From IMG/VR virus record IMGVR_UViG_3300045988_131485: 64,000 nucleotides of DNA; one strand, 5' to 3'. The notes beneath the pieces were generated by a model. It ran no database searches, was not told the origin of the DNA, and saw nothing but the letters and a program-made list of their open reading frames with translations. Source of the stretch: a virus. The position numbers were made by a program, and so were the translations under genes. Position 1 is the stretch's first letter; every line of letters begins with the position of its first letter. Below are positions 8,947-16,120 of this stretch, one piece after another.

Positions 8947-8975
8947 GCGTCGGCGGCGCAAAGCGCCGCCGACGC
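8947..8975. terminator. Perfect 13-bp GC hairpin downstream of the VR-bearing gene (bidirectional terminator and/or DGR target-recognition hairpin)
   Basis: GCGTCGGCGGCGC-AAA-GCGCCGCCGACGC, flanked by T-runs on both strands. Confidence 0.7.
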
Positions 8976-9074
8976 TTTTGTTTTTTTGTCTCCGTATCTG
9001 TTACCTTATCTGTCCTATCGGGGAACCCGCCCATTTTCATGGGCGGGATATGGATTGGGATACTCTGCGGAGGA

Positions 9075-11168
9075 TTAGACAGCAAAGCCGGGCGCGAGCG
9101 CAGCCGCATACCTTGCAGTGTTATTGGTGGCGCTGCCATCAGTGTACACATTGCAGAAAGTGCTGTGATAGTTGTAATTAGCAGAGCGGAGCCACCACCA
9201 CGCCGTAGAGCCGGTAGCGTTGTGTCTATACATGACCCTGCTGTTACCGGAAGAGTAATAGGCGTACTGCTTCTGGTAGTTCTGCTCATACTGGTTAGCA
9301 TAATAACGAGTGCCCTGTACCTCGAACTCAGCCAGCAGGAACAGATAGTCGGTGAATGCCTTGACATTCGCAGCCACATTGGAGCTGTTGCCAACGGCAT
9401 CGGCGTATTTGGTAACGCCCTTCATAACCGCTCTCAGGTCAGCAGGAAGCGCAGCCATCAGCGTATTCGCAACAGGGTTTGTAGCACAAGTGGCACTTGC
9501 GTTATAACCAACTCTGGATGTAGTTACAGTAGAACCGTAGCCAGAAGGAGGCACATCGGTACTACCCAAAACATCGTAACGCAGGTCACAACCAGCCCAG
9601 CCACCATAGTTATAGTTGCCCCAATGGTTCATATTGAAATACTTTGTACCATTGGTATAATAGCTATTGTAGCCACTGTCAATCAGGCCAATTAACTTAC
9701 TACTGATCTTACCAATCTGGAAGTGAATCCTGTTGCTGCCCTCGACAGAGCTGTTGTGGTCAAAGCCCAAAATAAAAACATCAACAGACAGGTTGGAAAG
9801 AGAAAGCGTTCCAACTGTACCGTTGATGGTAATGGTCTTTGTTGCGCCGACTGACCAGTATGTGCTCGCCAAACCAGCTGCAGCGATCTTACTGATATCT
9901 TCCCAAGAGCAGTCGTTCAATGCAGTACCGACAGCAGGAAGGAACTCCGCAGACACCGCGACCGTCTTACTGCCAGGGGCAGTATGGTTTGTACCGGCGG
10001 CTACACTGATAGTGATTTTCGCCGTACCAGTCTTATCGTTCACACTTTGGATAGTCACCACATTCCCGCTGACAGAAACCTTAGCAACACTGGCGTCGCT
10101 GGTTTGTGCGGAAATTGCACCGTCACCGGCACGGGTAACGGTGACTGTCTTGCTTTTGGCCGAACTATTCAGAACTACGCTCGTCGCACTCAGACTCAAA
10201 GAGCCTGCTGCCTTACTGATAGCCCAGCTTACCGTCTTAGCAGATGTGCTGCCGTCAGACCAGCAATAATCGTCCTTGGGAGTGAAGGCGGCGTTGTAGC
10301 TTCCGGCATTGATGCCGCTTGTAACTCCACCCAATGTCATTTTGGAGCTATCATAGTTGCTCCATGACGGGCTTTGAGTATTGCCCGTATATGTCAGGCT
10401 ACCACTCTGTCTGGGAACCGTAGAGATTGCAAGTCGATTAGGTACGCCGGTGACACGATTGGCAGTGCTCGTGTTTACTGCTCCGTCTGTAGAAGTCGGG
10501 AAGAACGACACATAATAGGTCACTCCGTTTTGCAGACCGGTAACAATCAGCGGGCTACTGGCATACTGATTGCGAGTCGTTACCACCAGCCGATATGCAG
10601 CATCCACGTCGTCGGGATCAGTAGCATAACCGCCCGCCTTAACTACTACAGTAGTCTTCGCCCAGGTCGCCAGCGTTACGCCGTCATTCACCATGGTGGC
10701 CGAAGGATCAGTCCATTTCAGCGCCAGCTTGCCGTTACCAGCAGCAACAGCACTCATGCTGGACACATTGCCAACTGCCACGGGAGTGGGTGTCTTGTTG
10801 AACTCGTCGTCTGCGCTGTCCGTATAGGAACCTTGCGTAGTGTAGGGGAAGAACTTATAGTAGTAGGTTACGCCGTCTGTCAGGCCGGAATCGCAGAAAT
10901 ATTTATTTTGATACGCATTGCGAGTCTTGCTATCCAAGACTACCGTACCATCACGACGGCTTACGGGGGCACTACCTGCCTTACGCACCAGCAGAGTACC
11001 GCCCCATGCTGCCAGTGTGGAGCCGGCCACAACCAGATCGTCAGGGTCAGTCCACTTCACATAAACCTTGCCGGCAGCGGCCAAGGTCTGAATATCTGTC
11101 ACAGCGGCCAGGGTCAGACCGCCTGTTCCGCCTCCACCACCAGAGGGGAAATTGCCAAGAATAGGCAT
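9075..11168 (-). CDS. DGR variable protein: distal tail fibre / receptor-binding protein with FN3-like and Ig-like (Big_2) repeats and a C-type-lectin-fold-like variable C-terminus
   Basis: 697 aa. Two YYxxFFP-type FN3-like modules and a Big_2-like segment. C-terminus ...WWWLRSANYNYHSTFCNVYTDGSATNNTARYAAALAPGFAV carries the VR. Confidence 0.85.
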   Translation of the reverse strand: MPILGNFPSGGGGGTGGLTLAAVTDIQTLAAAGKVYVKWTDPDDLVVAGSTLAAWGGTLLVRKAGSAPVSRRDGTVVLDSKTRNAYQNKYFCDSGLTDGVTYYYKFFPYTTQGSYTDSADDEFNKTPTPVAVGNVSSMSAVAAGNGKLALKWTDPSATMVNDGVTLATWAKTTVVVKAGGYATDPDDVDAAYRLVVTTRNQYASSPLIVTGLQNGVTYYVSFFPTSTDGAVNTSTANRVTGVPNRLAISTVPRQSGSLTYTGNTQSPSWSNYDSSKMTLGGVTSGINAGSYNAAFTPKDDYCWSDGSTSAKTVSWAISKAAGSLSLSATSVVLNSSAKSKTVTVTRAGDGAISAQTSDASVAKVSVSGNVVTIQSVNDKTGTAKITISVAAGTNHTAPGSKTVAVSAEFLPAVGTALNDCSWEDISKIAAAGLASTYWSVGATKTITINGTVGTLSLSNLSVDVFILGFDHNSSVEGSNRIHFQIGKISSKLIGLIDSGYNSYYTNGTKYFNMNHWGNYNYGGWAGCDLRYDVLGSTDVPPSGYGSTVTTSRVGYNASATCATNPVANTLMAALPADLRAVMKGVTKYADAVGNSSNVAANVKAFTDYLFLLAEFEVQGTRYYANQYEQNYQKQYAYYSSGNSRVMYRHNATGSTAWWWLRSANYNYHSTFCNVYTDGSATNNTARYAAALAPGFAV
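9084..9205 (-). repeat. DGR variable repeat (VR)
   Basis: Differs from the TR at 9 positions, all T on the plus strand (A on the coding strand) in the TR. Ends 9 nt before the stop codon. Confidence 0.9.
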
Positions 11169-11187
11169 ATTGAATCCTCCTTTTCTT

Positions 11188-11595
11188 TTATCCCAGGAGA
11201 GTGATTACCACAGGGATATCAATATCGGGCATTTCACCGTCTGCTGAGATAATGAGCTTTCCATCAGACTGCCCGGTTACGCAGAGTTTGGCATCTCGTG
11301 CCATCTCACGTTGCTCAAAAGTTGCGCTATGAGCGACCGAGATATTACCGTTTTGCGCAGCACCAAGATTAGTGACGGCCAGTTCTTGCGTAAACGGAGC
11401 ATCTACCCCTACCCATGAGCTGGCGATCAGCGTACATTCAATACTCACGCTCTTGCCACCTTTCTCCGCCAAAATCTTATCAACCTTAATGAAGTTGGAA
11501 TTAGATGCACCGTTGATTGCTTCACGCCAGTCCTTAAATTTTGTCGAAGAATCGTCTTCCAGGATAAGCCCATAGTTCGTCGTTGTTTGGCTCAC
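11188..11595 (-). CDS. Tail-fibre-region protein, paralogous C-terminal module
   Basis: GTG start with AAGGAGGG SD. C-terminus ...GQSDGKLIISADGEMPDIDIPVVITLLG resembles that of the next gene. Confidence 0.55.
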   Translation of the reverse strand: MSQTTTNYGLILEDDSSTKFKDWREAINGASNSNFIKVDKILAEKGGKSVSIECTLIASSWVGVDAPFTQELAVTNLGAAQNGNISVAHSATFEQREMARDAKLCVTGQSDGKLIISADGEMPDIDIPVVITLLG

Positions 11596-11608
11596 AGCTC
11601 ATCCCTCC

Positions 11609-12139
11609 TTAACCGAACAGAATAACCGTGATCGGGATATCACACGTAGGTTTGTCTCCACCAATGGCGACAGTAAAGGAACCGTCCTGCTGCCCACAAA
11701 CATAAAGGCTGGCGGTTTCTGCCGCCTCTCTTTCCTCCATGGACACACTCTGAGACAAGCCCACGATGCCGTTTTGATCTGCCGTCAGTCCAGAAATCTC
11801 AATACTTTGTTTATTGTCTGACCAAGACGCAACAGACAGCACCTTGTCAACCGACATACTTCCACCACCGGAACATTTGACCCATGAGCTGTTGTTATAT
11901 CTCCAAAGAGCGCCAGATCCCTTCACGAAGTAGAACTTCTCGAACGGTGAGGTCAGCGCAAGACGTTGTGACTCTGTGTCCAGAACGATGATATCCGTCA
12001 ACTGAACACGTGTTCCGTCAGAATCGTAAAAGATGTCACCTGAATCAGTTACGATAAGGAATTGCTTGTCCTTGATCGGAACCGTAGATGTATTCCGCGC
12101 TTTACTGGCAACCGTCTGGTTTACGTTGAATAGGGACAA
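11609..12139 (-). CDS. Tail-fibre-region protein, paralogous C-terminal module
   Basis: TTG start at 12139 with AAAGGAGGTG 6 nt upstream. C-terminus ...GQQDGSFTVAIGGDKPTCDIPITVILFG. Confidence 0.55.
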   Translation of the reverse strand: MSLFNVNQTVASKARNTSTVPIKDKQFLIVTDSGDIFYDSDGTRVQLTDIIVLDTESQRLALTSPFEKFYFVKGSGALWRYNNSSWVKCSGGGSMSVDKVLSVASWSDNKQSIEISGLTADQNGIVGLSQSVSMEEREAAETASLYVCGQQDGSFTVAIGGDKPTCDIPITVILFG

Positions 12140-12165
12140 TTTGTACACCTCCTTTAATTGAAAAA

Positions 12166-12194
12166 GGAGGGGCGGCATCTAAGCCGCTCCCTCC
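12166..12194 (-). terminator. Rho-independent terminator after the fibre gene
   Basis: GGAGGGAGCGGC-loop-GCCGCCCCTCC followed by UUUUU on the minus strand. Confidence 0.7.
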
Positions 12195-12219
12195 TCGGTC
12201 AGTTTACCGGATTCCCTGA

Positions 12220-13311
12220 TCAGAACGTACCGACAGTCAGAGCTGCAACAACAGCGTCCAGATTAGCCTTGTCGCCCTCAGCGATCTTGTCCAGCTCGGT
12301 CTTGTTGGCGTGCTCGTGAGCCTTTGCAGCCGCAGCATCCCACTTAGCCTTGTCGCCCTCAACGATCTTATCCAGTTCGGTCTTGTTGGCGTGGCTGTGC
12401 TTCTTGGCAACAGCGTCCTTCAGATCCTCGTTGGTCTGATCGTAGGTGTCGAGCAGAGCCTTGTTAGCGTGGGTGTGGGTATCCTTCTCCAGAGCAGCGA
12501 TGCGGCCAATAGCAGCAGTCAGGTCAGTAGCCTTGGCATAGTCACCGATGTTCAGAGCGGCGATAGCGCCGTCAGTATACTCCTTGATGTAGGCAACCAC
12601 GGTGTCGCTGACAGCTCCCTCGGGCAGAGTGCCAACCAGGTTCTGCAGGGCGGTGATAGCCTGATTCATCGCAGAGGCGTCATCGGGGTGAGACTGAATC
12701 CAAGCGGCGATCTCGGCCAGAGTATTCAGAGACTCCTTGGCGCTCTCGGGGATCAGCTGCGCAGCCAACTCCTCATTGGCAATGGTACGGGCAGACTTAC
12801 CGGCATCAGCACCAATCAGAGTGGTCAGCTTGCCATTGGCAGCGTCCAGATCGGTCTGTTCAGCCTTGCCGTTGATCTTGGCCTTCAGGGTAGCCCCCAG
12901 CTCGGTCTCGCTCACCTCGTCCTTCTTTGCCAGAGCGCCCAGACCATCAACAATGCCGGCAACTTCTGCGACCTTCGCATCGGTATAGTCCTTCACAGCC
13001 TTGCTGGTAGGCACAGTGCTGTTATCAGCGTTCTCGCCGATAGCGGTAGCATAACCCTTGATCACAACAACCCAAGCGGAGCCATTGTAGACCTCGCCAA
13101 CACCGGTATCGGTATTGACATAGATCACGCCCTCGGCAGGAGTGGCAGGCTTACCCTCAGCGCTGGTATAGAAACGGACGCCCTCACCGTACTTCTTGTC
13201 ACCGAAATACAGCTCGCGGGTGTCGTCAGTCAGGTAGAAGCTACCAGCATCACGAACGGCAGGCAGGTTGGCCTTGTTACCATGGTACACGAGTTTGTAG
13301 TTTGCAGTCAT
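12220..13311 (-). CDS. Tail fibre protein with coiled-coil shaft and C-terminal HxH repeats
   Basis: 363 aa, Ala/Lys/Asp-rich helical region, then three HxHANK..LD units. Confidence 0.7.
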   Translation of the reverse strand: MTANYKLVYHGNKANLPAVRDAGSFYLTDDTRELYFGDKKYGEGVRFYTSAEGKPATPAEGVIYVNTDTGVGEVYNGSAWVVVIKGYATAIGENADNSTVPTSKAVKDYTDAKVAEVAGIVDGLGALAKKDEVSETELGATLKAKINGKAEQTDLDAANGKLTTLIGADAGKSARTIANEELAAQLIPESAKESLNTLAEIAAWIQSHPDDASAMNQAITALQNLVGTLPEGAVSDTVVAYIKEYTDGAIAALNIGDYAKATDLTAAIGRIAALEKDTHTHANKALLDTYDQTNEDLKDAVAKKHSHANKTELDKIVEGDKAKWDAAAAKAHEHANKTELDKIAEGDKANLDAVVAALTVGTF

Positions 13312-13400
13312 AGCATTTCATCCTTTCTTCTCACGTATTGTGGATTGGTATATTTGTAAAGAAAACATCTCTGCATCCAGATTGTTGCCCGTTTGCATGA

Positions 13401-13420
13401 AATTGATTTTCTTTGCAGCT
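13401..13420 (-). promoter_or_regulatory. Degenerate copy of the AGCAACAAAG box (AGCTGCAAAGAAAATCAATT)
   Basis: Intergenic, upstream of the fibre gene. Confidence 0.35.
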
Positions 13421-13438
13421 TTTGCGACTGGCACGAAA

Positions 13439-13822
13439 TCAGAATACTCCTACCATATCGCGTACTACTTCCTCAGTAGTAGCAATAGATCCTTCTGTAA
13501 TATCAGCAGCAGTACCGCCAACGGGGACGCCATAGGTTTTAATCTGACCAGCACTGATCCATGTCAGTTTGCTTTCCGCGCCATTGTTCATTACATAGAA
13601 CAGGTCATCAGCCAATGTTTCACGCTCAATATCATCGGGTGTAAGTTTCCACGTACCTTCGATATTGTAAACACCGGTCTCCAAAGCACTGATTACAGTT
13701 CCGGTTCCTGCAATGTTTGTTACAGGGCGGTTTTTCAACTGGTCATAGTCAGAAACACCGCCAGAAGAACCGCCGCCTCCGCCCTGATTAGTCAAGGCAG
13801 AAATCCAGCTCAAATCAGCCAT
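13439..13822 (-). CDS. Hypothetical structural protein with Gly-rich N-terminus
   Basis: 127 aa. GGAGG SD. NQGGGGGSSGG tract like the one in the DGR target N-terminus. Confidence 0.5.
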   Translation of the reverse strand: MADLSWISALTNQGGGGGSSGGVSDYDQLKNRPVTNIAGTGTVISALETGVYNIEGTWKLTPDDIERETLADDLFYVMNNGAESKLTWISAGQIKTYGVPVGGTAADITEGSIATTEEVVRDMVGVF

Positions 13823-13836
13823 AATTGTGCCTCCTC

Positions 13837-14127
13837 TCAGAACATATAGTAAATATTGACATTAACCGCCTCAGAAAATTCCAGAGACGTAATGTTAATC
13901 TGATCCATGCCCAGCTCAAAAATACCAGTGATCAGTGGGATCTCCTTCCCGTTGATTTTCACTTTCGTTCCTTCTGGGCAAATCATACTGAGCTTCCGCA
14001 GCGACATTTGACCGAAGTTCAAAATGCTATTGGGATTATCCGCACGCTCATTCTGTTTGAAGATATCCAGCATATTGACATTCGGCGTCACAGTCCCGCA
14101 AAAACAACCCAAATGTGCCTGTGACAT
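13837..14127 (-). CDS. Hypothetical phage protein
   Basis: Trimmed to the ATG at 14127 with AGGAAAGGAG upstream. Confidence 0.5.
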   Translation of the reverse strand: MSQAHLGCFCGTVTPNVNMLDIFKQNERADNPNSILNFGQMSLRKLSMICPEGTKVKINGKEIPLITGIFELGMDQINITSLEFSEAVNVNIYYMF

Positions 14128-14143
14128 TTTTCTTACTCCTTTC

Positions 14144-15067
14144 CTAAGCAAGTACAACAAAGTCCAACTCTTCCAGAGTCATATCGTCGATCTCTGCCAA
14201 GGTTTTATCGTCCAGATCTGACAACAGGCGGTAGCGCTTCATGCCCGCATTCAGTGTCATTAGAATCTCTGCATCATTTGACACAGCAAACAAGCTGATC
14301 GTCTCGACAACCAGTTCGTAGAACATTTCGATAGCATTACCAATTTGCAGTTTCTTTTCTGCAATGGTTTCTGGTTCGGAAGTCTCAATACCGATTGCAT
14401 TGCTACCGTCCCCCAGAGAATAGTGGAACTCTGTTTCTCCAATGCTTGCCGCAATCGCAAATGCGGCCTCCATTCCTGTTGTATAGCGATAAAGCAGCTC
14501 CGGGCTTGTCTGGTCAATACCGATCGCACTACTGCCTGACTCAAAATCGTGTTTCCGAAATGCAAGATCATTTGCACCAAAAACAGTCTGATTTTGAATA
14601 GTGTCAAAGACTTGCTTTTGTTCCGCAAGACTTTTTGCTACAATCGCCATTGCACTCTGCGCATCGCCAAGGGAACTCTTAGCATAAGCAATCGGCTGGC
14701 TAACTTTGATACCGATTTGACTTTCCAAGGCAAAGAAACTCTGGGCAAACAGCGTGAAAGCTGGGATATCCAGCCTCATCGCTGCCTGCTCCAGTTCGTT
14801 TCGATACTTGATAGTAAGTGCGGCGCTCGCTTCCAGACAAACTTGATCACCGATTTTCTCACTGACCGTAGCCAGCATCTCGTCGATCTCCGACAACAAA
14901 GCAGATTGATTTGCCACTGCAATTTTCTTTTGCAGGCTGAAATATGACAGCATCGCCCGCAAAACTACTCTGTTTACAGCTGATACGCCATCACGAAATG
15001 GGAGGGAGTAAACGATGATTGAACCTTCAGTCAAACGCTGTTTCAGGAAAATATCGTACTCCTTCAT
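14144..15067 (-). CDS. Hypothetical baseplate/tail-tip region protein
   Basis: 307-aa ORF. AAGGAG SD. Lies within the tail-tip gene block. Confidence 0.5.
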   Translation of the reverse strand: MKEYDIFLKQRLTEGSIIVYSLPFRDGVSAVNRVVLRAMLSYFSLQKKIAVANQSALLSEIDEMLATVSEKIGDQVCLEASAALTIKYRNELEQAAMRLDIPAFTLFAQSFFALESQIGIKVSQPIAYAKSSLGDAQSAMAIVAKSLAEQKQVFDTIQNQTVFGANDLAFRKHDFESGSSAIGIDQTSPELLYRYTTGMEAAFAIAASIGETEFHYSLGDGSNAIGIETSEPETIAEKKLQIGNAIEMFYELVVETISLFAVSNDAEILMTLNAGMKRYRLLSDLDDKTLAEIDDMTLEELDFVVLA

Positions 15068-15080
15068 CTCCTATCGCTCC

Positions 15081-15485
15081 TTATGCCGTCGGGTTCACCA
15101 CAGACAGGTTCAGAGAACCCAGCTTGATGGTCATGATGGTTGCAGCCTCAACACGACGACTTGCAGACAGCTCGCCGTACATCAGCAGGTTGCCACCAGT
15201 CAGAGCATCGTAAACAACGAAGTGGGTCATAGTGCCCCACTCGGAAGTGCTCTCCGCAAAATCAATCGCAGCATTGTTGGTCACGACGCCATTAACAGGG
15301 GCGCTCAAAGAAGTCAGCTCTACACGAGCATAGCCGGTGCCATCACCAGGCTCAACAACGCCACTGCCATCCAGAGCAGGCGCGGCGCTACTCAGACCCA
15401 GATAATACTTCTCAGGCACAGCCGGGGTTTTCTTGGAGCCAAACACATTGCCTGACACCAAATTCAGAAAATAGGTCGTATTCAT
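15081..15485 (-). CDS. Hypothetical tail-tip protein
   Basis: ATG at 15485 lies 8 nt after AAAGGA. First gene after a conserved box. Confidence 0.5.
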   Translation of the reverse strand: MNTTYFLNLVSGNVFGSKKTPAVPEKYYLGLSSAAPALDGSGVVEPGDGTGYARVELTSLSAPVNGVVTNNAAIDFAESTSEWGTMTHFVVYDALTGGNLLMYGELSASRRVEAATIMTIKLGSLNLSVVNPTA

Positions 15486-15500
15486 CGTCCTCATCCTTTC

Positions 15501-15523
15501 TCAATGATTTTCTTTGTTGCTTA
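15501..15523 (-). promoter_or_regulatory. Conserved box TAAGCAACAAAGAAAATCATTGA
   Basis: One of 8 copies of the invariant 10-mer AGCAACAAAG. Its 3' end lies 15 nt before the start codon. Confidence 0.55.
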
Positions 15524-15907
15524 ATGAGGGAAACTTTTGTTGATATTGTTCGCAATGCGAATAATACCCTGATCCGGAATCTCAATTTCCCCTGAGATAT
15601 CCTGAATAGTAATCTGATAGATAAACTTACCGACCAGATCTACCGTTTCCTCTGGCAGCAACACCACACGCAGAACATTTGTTACAGTTCCGTCGCCGTC
15701 CTCACTCTTACTAACCTCCATCGGTTTGGCAATAAGCGGTGATCCGTTTTTGTTGACAAAATTGATCAACGCAAAACTGGCCGTACAGGAGGATAGATCA
15801 AACGGCTTTTTGTTTTGTGAAAAGAACGTGTGGAACACAAGTTCCTGCGTTGATCCTCCCACAAAGTCGATGGTAGGAAGTGAGTAAGGGCTGTAATCAC
15901 AATTCAT
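15521..15907 (-). CDS. Ig-like baseplate protein (BppU N-domain-like)
   Basis: 128 aa, beta-rich, pattern resembling the BppU_N Ig-like domain. Position after Tal. Confidence 0.4.
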   Translation of the reverse strand: MNCDYSPYSLPTIDFVGGSTQELVFHTFFSQNKKPFDLSSCTASFALINFVNKNGSPLIAKPMEVSKSEDGDGTVTNVLRVVLLPEETVDLVGKFIYQITIQDISGEIEIPDQGIIRIANNINKSFPH

Positions 15908-15930
15908 ACCTATCACCGCCCTTTCAAATA

Positions 15931-16110
15931 TTATTTTTCAGCGGATTTTGAAGTAGCTTCAACAATTTCCGCATTGTTCAAAACGTCGGCAACCTCTTCG
16001 AGAATGGCGATACTACCACTCAGATTTGCCAAATTCGCCTTGCCTTTTACATAGACATTGTTCAGCGCATTCAGCACGAATCCCAGTTGCTGCATAACTT
16101 GATCCTTCAT
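15931..16110 (-). CDS. Hypothetical 59-aa protein (below the ORF-track cutoff)
   Basis: Hand translation MKDQVMQQLGFVLNALNNVYVKGKANLANLSGSIAILEEVADVLNNAEIVEATSKSAEK. AAGGAGG SD. Confidence 0.5.
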   Translation of the reverse strand: MKDQVMQQLGFVLNALNNVYVKGKANLANLSGSIAILEEVADVLNNAEIVEATSKSAEK

Positions 16111-16120
16111 ATAGTCCTCC

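Noticed and set aside
8900-9695. ORFs of 166 aa (minus) and 218 aa (plus) around the VR
   Set aside because: They overlap the well-supported target-gene 3' end and the terminator hairpin. Composition is implausible and there is no SD.
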